Source: Candidatus Cloacimonadales bacterium
GTDB lineage: Bacteria; Cloacimonadota; Cloacimonadia; Cloacimonadales; JAFGVF01
Assembly (NCBI GenBank): GCA_963663475.2
Contig: CAXXJV010000002.1
Location: 96,001-160,000, forward strand
Reading direction: 5' to 3'
DNA length: 64,000 nucleotides
Shown here: positions 39,485-49,601 of the stretch, piece by piece
Numbering within the stretch: position 1 is the first letter of the stretch
Layout of the letters: every line of letters starts with the position of its first letter
Made by a program: the position numbers and the translations under genes
Notes under the pieces: generated by a model
Seen by the model: only the letters and a program-made list of their open reading frames with translations
Told to the model about the DNA's origin: nothing
Databases searched by the model: none

Positions 39485-40642
39485 ATGCAATATCGTAAGC
39501 TAAGGAATACTGGAGAGAAAGTTTCAGTTTTAGGATTTGGAGCTATGAGACTACCGACTATAAAGGGAGAAAACACAAATATAGATGAAAAAGTAGCTAG
39601 TGAAATGCTAAGATATGCCATAGATAATGGTGTTAATTATGTAGATACTGCTTGGCCTTATCATGGCTCCGGTATGGGAGAAGCTGGTATGAGTGAGCCA
39701 TTTATCGGTAAGTTTCTTCAGACTGGTTATAGGGAAAAAGTCTTGCTTGCAACCAAACTCCCTACCTGGTTAGTTGATTCTCGGACTAAAATGGATGAAA
39801 TCCTTGATCAACAACTTAAGAGGTTACAGACAGATTATATAGACTTCTATTTAGTGCATGCTTTAAACAAAAGGTCATGGCTAAAAATCAAGGAATTAGG
39901 TATATTAGATTTTCTTCAAGAGGCTAAAGCGCAAGGGAAAATAAAGCATATTGGATTTTCTTTTCATGATGATTTCCCTACTTTTAAATCTATAGTAGAT
40001 GATTTTAACTGGAATTTTTGTCAGATTCAATACAATTATTTAGATGTTAAATATCAAGCAGGTAGGGAGGGACTAAAGTATGCTTATCAAAAAGGTCTTG
40101 ATGTGATAATAATGGAACCATTAAGAGGGGGAGCCTTGGTAAATAATTTAGCTAATGAGATAAAAGATCTCTATGCAAAGAGTGAGAAGAAAAAGTCTCC
40201 TGCTGAATGGGCCTTGGGTTGGTTATGGAATCAACAAGAAGTTGGACTTGTGTTGAGTGGAATGAGTAATCTAGATCAGGTTAAGGAGAATATAGAAATT
40301 GCTGATAAAGGTATTATAGATTCTTTCACAGATGAAGAAAACCAGGTGATGGAAGAGGTTCAGAACATCTTCATCTCCAAGTTGAAAGTAAATTGTACTA
40401 CATGTAGATACTGCATGCCTTGTCCATCTGGAGTAAATATACCAGAGATTTTTACTATTTATAATAACGGCTACTTATCTGATAATGTAAAGCAGGCCAA
40501 GTTTATGTATAAGATGGGATTTTCTCCTCAAGAAAAAGCTTCAGCTTGTATAGCATGTGGAAAGTGTCAAAGCCATTGCCCACAAGGAATTGATATTATA
40601 AATAAATTGAGTATTATTAAGAAAGAGTTTGAGAGTGATTAA
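39485..40642 (+). CDS. Aldo/keto reductase with C-terminal 4Fe-4S dicluster domain
   Basis: LGFGAMRLP, DTAWPYH, ATKLP, GFSFH, MEPLRGG; CTTCRYCMPCP and CIACGKCQSHCPQ. Confidence 0.93.
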   Translation: MQYRKLRNTGEKVSVLGFGAMRLPTIKGENTNIDEKVASEMLRYAIDNGVNYVDTAWPYHGSGMGEAGMSEPFIGKFLQTGYREKVLLATKLPTWLVDSRTKMDEILDQQLKRLQTDYIDFYLVHALNKRSWLKIKELGILDFLQEAKAQGKIKHIGFSFHDDFPTFKSIVDDFNWNFCQIQYNYLDVKYQAGREGLKYAYQKGLDVIIMEPLRGGALVNNLANEIKDLYAKSEKKKSPAEWALGWLWNQQEVGLVLSGMSNLDQVKENIEIADKGIIDSFTDEENQVMEEVQNIFISKLKVNCTTCRYCMPCPSGVNIPEIFTIYNNGYLSDNVKQAKFMYKMGFSPQEKASACIACGKCQSHCPQGIDIINKLSIIKKEFESD

Positions 40643-40805
40643 ACCCAAATAGTGCAGTAGACCTTTGCGAGTAGCACTATATTATTCTGCAAAAGTAACT
40701 TGCATAATTTCTCCGAATATATAAATTATATGCGTCAAAATTCTGTAAGCTATTTTGCTAGAATAATCTGCACTCTTCACTAAAGCTCTACTACACTATC
40801 TGGGT
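40643..40805. mobile_element. Hairpin MITE family, full-length copy (subtype B) inserted at the AKR stop codon
   Basis: TAA|ACCCAAATAGTGCAG...CACTATCTGGGT|TAA; the left TAA is the AKR stop; another left end follows at 40809. Confidence 0.88.
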
Positions 40806-40959
40806 TAAACCCAAATAACGACCTAACCCTGTAAGGATTTTATAGAATAGAATGCTTGCAAGTTTATTTATCTAACCAGTATTTTGCTGATGTTAACAGA
40901 ATCTCTGTCCAAAGACTCTTACCTAAACTTGAGGAACTCTGGTCTACTTGAGAGAGAGC

Positions 40960-40988
40960 AAAAAAAAAGTGTAGGATAACCTACACTT
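40960..40988 (-). terminator. Intrinsic terminator (minus strand)
   Basis: A run then AAGTGTAGG-ataa-CCTACACTT. Confidence 0.8.
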
Positions 40989-41008
40989 AGATCGAGTTGT
41001 GTCTTAAA

Positions 41009-41362
41009 TTATTTTAGTATTAATGTTTTTCTTTTGGTAACAAAACGTTTATTTTCTTTAACTTGTACAGTATAGTTACCGTTTGCTAAGAGGTTACCTG
41101 CGAAATCTGTACGATCCCATTCTAAAGTATAATCCCCTACATTAAAGAAAGTTGAAGCAATGGTAGTAACTACCTGCCCTTCCTGATTTAGTATTTCAAT
41201 AGTTAAGTGAACACCAGTGTTACAGTGAAAACTGATTATAGCAAGGTCACTTACAGCTTCAGGACTTACCTTGAAGTCACTAATATTATCAGAGCTCTTA
41301 TTACCAGCAAATAAAACAAAAGTAAATACTAATAAGCATAAAACAATTAATCTTTTTTTCAT
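41009..41362 (-). CDS. Small secreted FlgD-Ig-like domain protein
   Basis: Signal peptide; I.NQEGQVV...LEWDRTD..G..LANGNY pattern; GGAGG RBS. Confidence 0.78.
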   Translation of the reverse strand: MKKRLIVLCLLVFTFVLFAGNKSSDNISDFKVSPEAVSDLAIISFHCNTGVHLTIEILNQEGQVVTTIASTFFNVGDYTLEWDRTDFAGNLLANGNYTVQVKENKRFVTKRKTLILK

Positions 41363-41427
41363 AATTCCTCCACTAAACTCACCTTACATACGATGCATAA
41401 ATTATTCCATAAATGATTATTTTACTA

Positions 41428-43836
41428 TTATTTGTATTCTTGCTGCAATATTTGGATATTTCTTTTGATTCCATTAACAATTTGGACAATATATTTGGAA
41501 GAGTTATCTTCTATAGAAGAGTAGATCTTAAGGGCTTTCTCGTAGTTTCTAATAGCATCATCATATTTGCCCTGTCTGATATAGATTCTAGCAAGTTCAG
41601 CAAAATGACCAATATAAGGAGCAGTTAGACGAGCTACAACTTCGTCCTTGTAAGTCTTGTTGTCCATGATAGAGTCAACAACATAGACATTTTCTAAAAG
41701 TTCTATGTATTTATCTTCTCTAACCATATTATCTTGAGTAACTTTTGATGTAACAAGTTTATTAACCATAACATGGCTTTCGAGGTAATCATCAAGACCT
41801 AAGAACTGACCTCCCACAGTAGTAGCAAAGTAGATAGGTCTTTTGCCTAAGTTATCTTTGATGATTTGCATAGTAGCCTTATCTTGTCCCCTCCAGTAGC
41901 CCAGAGTTAAATCTTCTTGTTTTACAGTAAAACTTACAATTTTATTAGGAAGTGGGATAGTGTAAGTAATAGGACGAGAGAAACGTTCAGGTGTAACAAG
42001 GTTTTCTATTTGATTATCAGGGATTGAGAAGTAAATACCTTCTCTATCTCTTAACTGGCGAATGTACCAAGGTGTATTCATTAAGGAGTAGTTAGCAACA
42101 GAAATATCTTTTCTGATACCAAAGCATTCTCTATTTTTGAAATCCATAGCTTGGGCCATAAGTGCATTGGCTAAGGAATCAGGTTGGACTTGATCATCTC
42201 TGGCGATACTTAAAGGTTGATTATTCAAAATATAAGGGTCATCAACAGCTTGAGCATACCATAGGGGGAAGGTGTCATTATCACCATTAGTGAAGATGAT
42301 AGCATTTTCTTCCAAAGAATTTAAGAAATTCATACCGTATTCAGCAGCATAGTATTCACGAGATCTATCTACATTATGGTAGTTGGAAAGGAGACTTATG
42401 GTAGGAAATATAAAAGCAATAAGAAGAATAATAGGATAAAGTTTTTTACTTTTAATGATTGCTATTAGTCCATAAATTAAACCTATAGCCATGAAAACAG
42501 TCCACATATTATAAGCAGTAACAAAGAAGTAATCTCTAGGTCTTGGTGTTTCTAAGGGGATATTCATCACAAATACCATAGCGATAGAGCCCATAATAAA
42601 GAGGGATGTTAAATAAATAAAAGATGCTTTATTCTTTCTGGCATGGATAAAGGCGCCTACTAGTCCTAGAAGATAGGTAATTGGTATAAAAATATTATCA
42701 AGCAAGACTTTTGAGAAAGGTGTAAATTTACTTAACATATTAGTATTGAAGAATTGCCAGTTAAAATATCTTAAGAAATGGGTTCCAAATTGAGTAGTTA
42801 AGAAACTAGCATTTCTATCCATGATGCTTGTTCCCCCAAACTGTTCTCTATTGAAGAAAGCCATGAATCTTTCCCAAGTTTGCGGATCTCCTTCATTAAT
42901 AAAAGGTCTAAAAGATGCTCTAATAGGGATATAGAGATGGGTAGAAAAACCAATTATAATAGCAAGTAAAGCTAGCATCCAAGCAGTTGAATTAACTTTA
43001 TCTCTTAAATAGTACATCAAGACAAGGGTAATAGCAAGGGCAAAAAGAGGTTGGGAAATTGAAGGAGAATAAGCATTTACTATAAAGTAAAAAATGAAAA
43101 GTCCTATAACCCAAAAAACTAATTGAGTAAAGAATGAGTTTGATGAAAAATGAGGTTTAATCATAGGGTAAACTACTATCAGCAAGACTGCGGGAACAAT
43201 TTGTAGTACAGTTTGATGGACTCCAAAACCTAAGAAAAAGAGATAGATAATAAAGAGTAGGTAGTTTTGGTGTGATAAATCTTCAGATTTTTGTAACCAA
43301 ACAAGGAGTAGGTAAACGATGAAGTTTATGAAGAAAGCCAAACCTGAATACACTTCAGCTTCGACACTATTGGTCCAGAAGGTGAAAGAAAAGGCTGTAA
43401 ATAAACTTGCAATAATGCCAATAGGGACAGCTATTTTTGCTCTTGTTTCAAACATACTAACTAACTTGATAGTAAAGAGATAGGTAAACATAGCTGCTAA
43501 GGCTCCCCAGAGAGATGAAAGGAAACTAATCACTTGCGGAGAAGTCATTCCTAAGCCAATAATGTTTAAAAATCTACCGAATATTATATAGGTTGGATTT
43601 CCAGGTGCATGTAAAACTGAAAATATTTTGGCTGTAGTAGCATATTCACCCGCATCCCAAAATGCTAGGGAAGGCGAGTTAGTCATTTGATAGATAATCA
43701 TAATAAAGGCAAAGACAATAAAAGCAATAATAGCATTATGTTTAGCCTCAATTATCTGTCTAGGTTTTATTATATCTGTTTTTACTTTAACGTTTTTAGG
43801 GACTTCAAACCCTTTAATATTTTTCTTTTTACTCAT
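41428..43836 (-). CDS. DUF2723 / TMEM260-like GT-C membrane protein with C-terminal TPR
   Basis: FWDAGEY, HAPGNP, EAEVY, PRPRDYFF, FTNGDNDTFPLWY, SLMNTPWY. Confidence 0.85.
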   Translation of the reverse strand: MSKKKNIKGFEVPKNVKVKTDIIKPRQIIEAKHNAIIAFIVFAFIMIIYQMTNSPSLAFWDAGEYATTAKIFSVLHAPGNPTYIIFGRFLNIIGLGMTSPQVISFLSSLWGALAAMFTYLFTIKLVSMFETRAKIAVPIGIIASLFTAFSFTFWTNSVEAEVYSGLAFFINFIVYLLLVWLQKSEDLSHQNYLLFIIYLFFLGFGVHQTVLQIVPAVLLIVVYPMIKPHFSSNSFFTQLVFWVIGLFIFYFIVNAYSPSISQPLFALAITLVLMYYLRDKVNSTAWMLALLAIIIGFSTHLYIPIRASFRPFINEGDPQTWERFMAFFNREQFGGTSIMDRNASFLTTQFGTHFLRYFNWQFFNTNMLSKFTPFSKVLLDNIFIPITYLLGLVGAFIHARKNKASFIYLTSLFIMGSIAMVFVMNIPLETPRPRDYFFVTAYNMWTVFMAIGLIYGLIAIIKSKKLYPIILLIAFIFPTISLLSNYHNVDRSREYYAAEYGMNFLNSLEENAIIFTNGDNDTFPLWYAQAVDDPYILNNQPLSIARDDQVQPDSLANALMAQAMDFKNRECFGIRKDISVANYSLMNTPWYIRQLRDREGIYFSIPDNQIENLVTPERFSRPITYTIPLPNKIVSFTVKQEDLTLGYWRGQDKATMQIIKDNLGKRPIYFATTVGGQFLGLDDYLESHVMVNKLVTSKVTQDNMVREDKYIELLENVYVVDSIMDNKTYKDEVVARLTAPYIGHFAELARIYIRQGKYDDAIRNYEKALKIYSSIEDNSSKYIVQIVNGIKRNIQILQQEYK

Positions 43837-43856
43837 AAAATGTTATCTCCGAAATT

Positions 43857-44954
43857 CTATTTAAGACCTGATTTAGCAGTACTTGCTATGATTTGTTTTT
43901 GGGCTAGGAAGAATAAGAATACTAAAGGCAAGATACTAAAGGTTGAAGCAGCCATTAGGAGAGCTGTTTCAGTACCTGAATCTTGACTGAAGTAACTAAG
44001 ACCAACTTGTAAGACACGCAGATGCTTACTGTCTGTCATAATTAAAGGCCACATGAAACTGTTCCATGAACCAATAACAGAGAAGATTGAAGCTGTAGCT
44101 ATTACTGGTTTTGAAAGAGGAAGTACAATTCTCCAGAGTGTTCCAAAGGTAGAACAACCATCAATTGCAGCAGCATCAAAAAGCTCTTGAGGAATAGTTT
44201 TAAACTGCTGTCTAAACAAGAAAATAGTAAATATATTAGCTACCCAAGGTACGATTAAGGCAAAATAGGTATCTACTAGTCCTAGATTACTTAAAACTAT
44301 ATAGGATGGAATAAGGTAGATAGGTTGTGGAACCATCATCATACTTATTAATAGATAGAAAAGGAAGTCTTTCCCAAAGAAGTTCATTCTTGCAAAAGCA
44401 TAGGCCGCCAAGGAAGAAGTGAACAAAACACCAATTAGAGTCATAAGAGCTACAAAAATAGTGTTTTTAAAGTAAACACCAAAGGGAACTTTATTCCAGG
44501 CTCTTACAAAGTTACCAAAGAAGGGTTTAATGAAGCTTTCTTCTTTGATATCATCTTTATGTACTAACTTGTATTCTAATTTGGCTTGGTCAGATAAAAG
44601 AACTCTTTTAGTTCTATTTTCAACTCTTCCATCATCATATCTATATTTATAGTCTAAATCATAAGCAATTTCACGATTTAAGTTTTCTGGATGTTTAGCA
44701 ATTTCACCATCAGGAGTGAAGGTAGAAACTAAGACAGAATCACCAATTTCTAATGCTCTACTAATTCTAACAGGTTGCTTATCCTCCAGGATATAGGTTG
44801 AGTTGTTTACCCAGTTGAAACCAATATTTCCATCATTTATCTCAACTTGATCCTTTAGGGCAGTATTAATCATCCATAGGAAAGGGACAACCATCACAAT
44901 ACCTAATATAACAAGCAAAGTATATATTAAAACACTAAAAGGGGTATTTTTCAT
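43857..44954 (-). CDS. Carbohydrate ABC transporter permease (MalG-like)
   Basis: AAYAFAR, ELFDAAAIDG (EAA loop), WNSFMWP. Confidence 0.92.
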   Translation of the reverse strand: MKNTPFSVLIYTLLVILGIVMVVPFLWMINTALKDQVEINDGNIGFNWVNNSTYILEDKQPVRISRALEIGDSVLVSTFTPDGEIAKHPENLNREIAYDLDYKYRYDDGRVENRTKRVLLSDQAKLEYKLVHKDDIKEESFIKPFFGNFVRAWNKVPFGVYFKNTIFVALMTLIGVLFTSSLAAYAFARMNFFGKDFLFYLLISMMMVPQPIYLIPSYIVLSNLGLVDTYFALIVPWVANIFTIFLFRQQFKTIPQELFDAAAIDGCSTFGTLWRIVLPLSKPVIATASIFSVIGSWNSFMWPLIMTDSKHLRVLQVGLSYFSQDSGTETALLMAASTFSILPLVFLFFLAQKQIIASTAKSGLK

Positions 44955-44966
44955 TTTGATTCTCCT

Positions 44967-45905
44967 CTATTCGTATGTAACATGCTTTTCTAAGCGTTTT
45001 TGGATAAGAGTTAATAACAGGATAACAACAAAGAGTACCAAGGCAATAGCATTAGCATAAGAGAAGTTTAAATCAATAAAACCAGCTTCAAAGATATAAT
45101 AAACTATTAGAGATGTTGTTCCTTGTGGTCCACCAGCAGGAGTACCAGTCATAAGATAAATCTGTGAGAAAGATTGGAATGTAACAATAGTAGTCATCAT
45201 TAAAACATAGTAGGTAGTAGGTGATACTAAAGGAATAGTAATCCCAAAGAATTGTTTAGTTTTGCTAGCACCATCAATTGAAGATGCTTCATAATATTCT
45301 TTGGCAATATTCTGTAAGCCAGCTAAGTAGATGATAGTATTGTAGCCAATACTTTTCCAGACTGTTACAATCATAATAGAGAAGAGAGCTAAAGAAGGTC
45401 CCCCCATCCAATCAGGGATAGTAATTCCAAAGTTTTGGAAGAGAAGGGTAAAGATACCAGTAGGTTCATTAAGCCATTTAAGAGGTTCTAAGCCAATTCC
45501 CTCTAGAAAATAGTTAAATAAACCACTTCTTTGTTGGAAGATGATTTTCCAGACAATTGAAACAGCTACCATTGAAGTAACATAGGGTAAGAAATAGGCA
45601 GTACGAAAGAAGCCTCGTAGCCATTTAATATTATTCAATAGTACTGCAAAGAATAAGGAAAGAACTATTGTAACAGGTACGACCATGACTACAAACCAAA
45701 TAGTATTGGTCATTGATTGCAAGAATTCTGCATCAGTGAATAACTTTCCATAATTCTCAAATCCTACAAAATTCTCAACTCCAGTGAGTTTCCAGTCAAA
45801 AAAACTAATTACAAATGAGAGTAATATGGGTATAAATCTGAAAGCTATGATAATTATCATGGCTGGCAGAATATATAAATAGGGGCTTAGCTTATTTTTT
45901 TTCAT
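44967..45905 (-). CDS. Carbohydrate ABC transporter permease (MalF-like)
   Basis: FVGFENY, YLAGLQNI, YYEASSIDGA. Confidence 0.92.
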   Translation of the reverse strand: MKKNKLSPYLYILPAMIIIIAFRFIPILLSFVISFFDWKLTGVENFVGFENYGKLFTDAEFLQSMTNTIWFVVMVVPVTIVLSLFFAVLLNNIKWLRGFFRTAYFLPYVTSMVAVSIVWKIIFQQRSGLFNYFLEGIGLEPLKWLNEPTGIFTLLFQNFGITIPDWMGGPSLALFSIMIVTVWKSIGYNTIIYLAGLQNIAKEYYEASSIDGASKTKQFFGITIPLVSPTTYYVLMMTTIVTFQSFSQIYLMTGTPAGGPQGTTSLIVYYIFEAGFIDLNFSYANAIALVLFVVILLLTLIQKRLEKHVTYE

Positions 45906-46174
45906 ACTTTATCCTATAATTTTTTTACAAGAATGTATTTCGATTAATTATTGTCAAATGTTTTATCTAAGATACTAGTAAATTTGTCTTTATTTATGCA
46001 GAAATGTAAAATATGTCTTAATTTGTAGCTTTAATAAAATCATGGAAACTAGTGAGATACTTGGCTGCTTGAAAAAAGATCGACTTACTTTCAGCTCTTG
46101 GTATTAGGAAAAATTCATGATAATAGAAAGACTTGGTCTGGTGCAGAACAAATGACAAGGAGCATTTTGAGCAT

Positions 46175-46203
46175 AAAAAAAATCCCTCTTAGGAGGGACT
46201 TTT
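46175..46203 (-). terminator. Intrinsic terminator after thioredoxin-family gene
   Basis: A run then TCCCTC-ttag-GAGGGA. Confidence 0.7.
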
Positions 46204-46220
46204 AATATTATTAAGTTAGA

Positions 46221-46697
46221 TTATTTTTTTATCATTTTTTCTAAATGTTGGATATATTTATCAGGTCCACCTGGTTGGTAGCCTGTTTGGCCTACAACAT
46301 CACCTTGAGCATCAGCAAGAATAATGGTAGGATAACCACGTACTCCATATTGTTGTTGAAGTTGCTGTCTCTTAACCTGCTCTTCTTGAGGAAGTTGTTG
46401 GAAAGTTGTAGGGAAATCAATCTTGAGCATAATTAAGTTTTTGTCTGCGTAATCTACAAATTCCTTATGAGAAAAAACTTCTTGGTCAAGCTTGATACAC
46501 CATTTGCACCAATCAGAGCCTGTGAAATTAATTAAAATTGTTTTATCTTCTTTACTAGCATTATCTAAGGCCATTTGATAGTCTTCTATCCAATTTAATT
46601 TTGGGCTGTCTTTTTCTACAACTGCTTTCTCTTGGGCACAGCTCAAGGAGGTAATAAGAAGTAGACTTAAGCTTAGGATTAAAAAGATTTTTCTCAT
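46221..46697 (-). CDS. Exported thioredoxin-fold protein
   Basis: Signal/lipoprotein peptide, FTGSDWCKWC, GYPT cis-Pro loop. Confidence 0.9.
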   Translation of the reverse strand: MRKIFLILSLSLLLITSLSCAQEKAVVEKDSPKLNWIEDYQMALDNASKEDKTILINFTGSDWCKWCIKLDQEVFSHKEFVDYADKNLIMLKIDFPTTFQQLPQEEQVKRQQLQQQYGVRGYPTIILADAQGDVVGQTGYQPGGPDKYIQHLEKMIKK

Positions 46698-47113
46698 ATT
46701 TCTTCTCCATTGATAAATATTTTAGTTTCAAAATCAGCAGCTTTTTTCAGCATAAAAGAAACTCCGCAATAGCTGTCTTCAGATAGTTTAACTGCTTTTT
46801 TTATTTTAGCTACAGGTAAATCTTGTCCTTTGAAATTATAAGCTAAATAGATTTTACTATAATGTTTAGGATGCTCACTAGTTTGATCAGCATCAGCTTC
46901 AAGCCAAAACTCATAATTATCGACTTTCATTTTTTTTAAGATTGAGACAACATCCATGCCTGTGCAACCAGTTAATGCGGTTAATAGTAAGCCTTTTGGA
47001 CGAGGTCCTTTATCATGGCCTCCCACTTCTGCATTAGCATCAATGGTCATATGGTGTCCATTTAGCTCAGAATCAAATTCCATGTCTCCATTCCATATTG
47101 TTTTAACAATCAT
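46694..47113 (-). CDS. OsmC/YhfA-family protein
   Basis: GPRPKGLLL..L.GCTGMDV...YCGV. Confidence 0.9.
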   Translation of the reverse strand: MIVKTIWNGDMEFDSELNGHHMTIDANAEVGGHDKGPRPKGLLLTALTGCTGMDVVSILKKMKVDNYEFWLEADADQTSEHPKHYSKIYLAYNFKGQDLPVAKIKKAVKLSEDSYCGVSFMLKKAADFETKIFINGEEI

Positions 47114-47573
47114 TGATCTCACCTTCTTTTGTCATTTTTTGGGTCATGTTTTCGAAGGCTTTGGTGAAAAGTATTAGGTTTTCTAACATGTCGTCTAATT
47201 TATCTTCAGGTATTAACTTAAGAACACTCTTCTGATGATTTATAATATTATCAGAAATTTCTTTAGCTCTATATTCACCTTCAGGGGTTAAGACTGCATA
47301 CCATTGCCTTCTGTCTTCTTCAGAATGTTCTCTTTTGGCTAATTTTAAATCACACAAATTATCCATTAATCTGGTAACTCTACTGTGAGAAACATTTAAA
47401 ATGCCAGCAAGATCATTCATCACAACCTTACTCTTAGTATTATAAAGGAATTGCAATAAAAAGCAATCAATTTTTGATAAATCAGGACATTTTTTAAAAA
47501 TGCTATCTCTAATTGTTAAGTTCTTATGTAATACTTCCAACACATTTACAAATTCTTTAGCGCGATTAATCAT
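47103..47573 (-). CDS. MarR-family transcriptional regulator
   Basis: LA..L.VS.SRVTR..D.L...R.....DRR...LT.EG; start ATG 47573 after GGAGG. Confidence 0.9.
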   Translation of the reverse strand: MINRAKEFVNVLEVLHKNLTIRDSIFKKCPDLSKIDCFLLQFLYNTKSKVVMNDLAGILNVSHSRVTRLMDNLCDLKLAKREHSEEDRRQWYAVLTPEGEYRAKEISDNIINHQKSVLKLIPEDKLDDMLENLILFTKAFENMTQKMTKEGEINDC

Positions 47574-47765
47574 TATTTCCTCCAAGTAATAACTTTTAAT
47601 TATAATATATTTTTTTTATAAGTTTAATTGCTAGCATTGATAAAACATTGTAATATTGAATTGAATCAATATATAGAACAATTTAAACCAAATATTCAAT
47701 GGTGCAACTATTTTATTATAATATCATCACATTATGATAAATTTCATATGTTTATAAATTTTAGA

Positions 47766-49601
47766 TTATTCAACTGTTACACTTTTAGCTAGATTTCGAG
47801 GTTGATCAACGTCTAGATTACGAAGATCAGCAACGTGATAAGCTAACAATTGTAGTGGAATAACAGTTAAGATAGGTTGTAGATCACTTAGTGTTTTAGG
47901 CACTAATAAGACTTCTTCAGACATTTCTTCGATCTGTTCTTCAGATTCAGTAATAATAGTGAAAAGTTTACCTTTCCTAGCAACTACTTCTTGTAGGTTA
48001 GAGATAATTTTGTCATAAAGAACATCTTTAGGAGCTATAGCTATAACAGGCATGTTTTCATCAATTAGGGCAATAGGTCCATGTTTCATCTCAGCAGCAG
48101 GATAGCCTTCAGCGTGAATATAGGAAATTTCTTTAAGCTTGAGAGCTCCTTCTAAGGCAACTGGGAAATGAAGATCACGTCCTAGATATAAGGCATTGGT
48201 TGAATCCTTAATCTTTTTGGCAATCTCTCTAATTTTATCATTAAGTTTTAGGATTTCTTCAATTTGTTCAGGAATTTTTCTTAGGGCTTTTATGTATTCA
48301 ATACCTTCAACAGGAGATATACCTCTCATTCTCCCCAAGAGAAGTCCTAGTAAGAAGAGAATAGTAACTTGCGAGGTAAAGGCTTTAGTTGAAGCAACAC
48401 CAATTTCAGCACCAGCATAGATATAGACACCTCCGTCTGACTCCCTAGCAATGGTTGAACCAATACCATTAGTAATTCCCATAACTCGGGCACCTTTGGC
48501 ACTTGCTTCTTTCATGGCAGCTAAGGTATCAGCTGTTTCTCCAGATTGGCTAACAACAAATACTAGCGTATCATCTTCAATAATTGGGTTACGGTATCTA
48601 TATTCACTAGCATATTCAACTTCTACATGAAGTCTAGCCATTCTTTCTATTAAGTATTTACCTAATAAACAAGAATAATAAGATGTTCCACAGGCTAACA
48701 ACTGAAGTCTTTTTATTTTTCTTAGTTCACAAGGAATCATATTAAGTCCACCTAAGCGAGCAGTAGCCATACTATCATATAATCTACCCCGAAAAGCGTG
48801 TCTTACAGTACTTGCTTGTTCAAATATTTCCTTTAGCATGAAGTGTTTAAAACCGTTTTTTTCTACTGAAGAAGCTTCCCATTCTACAGTTGCAATTTCA
48901 GGGTCAACTGGAACATTATCAAGAGTAGAAATTAGGTAATTATCTTCATTAAGGACAGCTATTTCATTGTCATTTAAATAGATAACCTTATTAGTGTGGG
49001 TGAGAATAGCATTTACATCAGATGTAAGGAAGTAGGCATCATCACTAACTCCTAAGATAAGAGGTGAACCTTTACGGGCAGCAATCATTTGTTTAGGATT
49101 GTCTTTACAGAAGACTGCTATTCCGTAGGTACCTTCCACTAAGTGGAGAGAAGCTCTTACAGCCTCTTCTAAGGATTTATGTTTTTTATAAAAATAACCA
49201 ATGACATGGGCTAAAATCTCAGTATCAGTTTCACCTTCCACATGGTCATCATGGTCTATAAGTATTTTTCTTAGTTCTTTGTAATTTTCTATGATGCCGT
49301 TATGAACTAGGGCAATATTGTTATGTTTATCATGATGGGGATGGGCATTAAGCTTAGAAGGCTCACCATGAGTAGCCCAACGGGTATGAGCAATAGCAAT
49401 GTTTGACATAGTGAATTCAGGTTGAGGAAGTGATGATTCAAGCTCAATAATCTTGCCAGCTTCTTTAAATATTTTCAACTGTTCGTCATTATAAATAGCA
49501 ATACCAGAACTATCATATCCCCGATATTCTAATTTTTTAAGGGCAGCTAAGACAATTGGGACTGCACTTTTTTTGCCTAGATAACCAACTATTCCGCACA
49601 T
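47766..49601 (-). CDS. glmS: Glutamine--fructose-6-phosphate transaminase
   Basis: MCGIVG, HTRWATHG, SQSGETADT, EMKHGP, PRNLAKSVTVE. Confidence 0.98.
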   Translation of the reverse strand: MCGIVGYLGKKSAVPIVLAALKKLEYRGYDSSGIAIYNDEQLKIFKEAGKIIELESSLPQPEFTMSNIAIAHTRWATHGEPSKLNAHPHHDKHNNIALVHNGIIENYKELRKILIDHDDHVEGETDTEILAHVIGYFYKKHKSLEEAVRASLHLVEGTYGIAVFCKDNPKQMIAARKGSPLILGVSDDAYFLTSDVNAILTHTNKVIYLNDNEIAVLNEDNYLISTLDNVPVDPEIATVEWEASSVEKNGFKHFMLKEIFEQASTVRHAFRGRLYDSMATARLGGLNMIPCELRKIKRLQLLACGTSYYSCLLGKYLIERMARLHVEVEYASEYRYRNPIIEDDTLVFVVSQSGETADTLAAMKEASAKGARVMGITNGIGSTIARESDGGVYIYAGAEIGVASTKAFTSQVTILFLLGLLLGRMRGISPVEGIEYIKALRKIPEQIEEILKLNDKIREIAKKIKDSTNALYLGRDLHFPVALEGALKLKEISYIHAEGYPAAEMKHGPIALIDENMPVIAIAPKDVLYDKIISNLQEVVARKGKLFTIITESEEQIEEMSEEVLLVPKTLSDLQPILTVIPLQLLAYHVADLRNLDVDQPRNLAKSVTVE

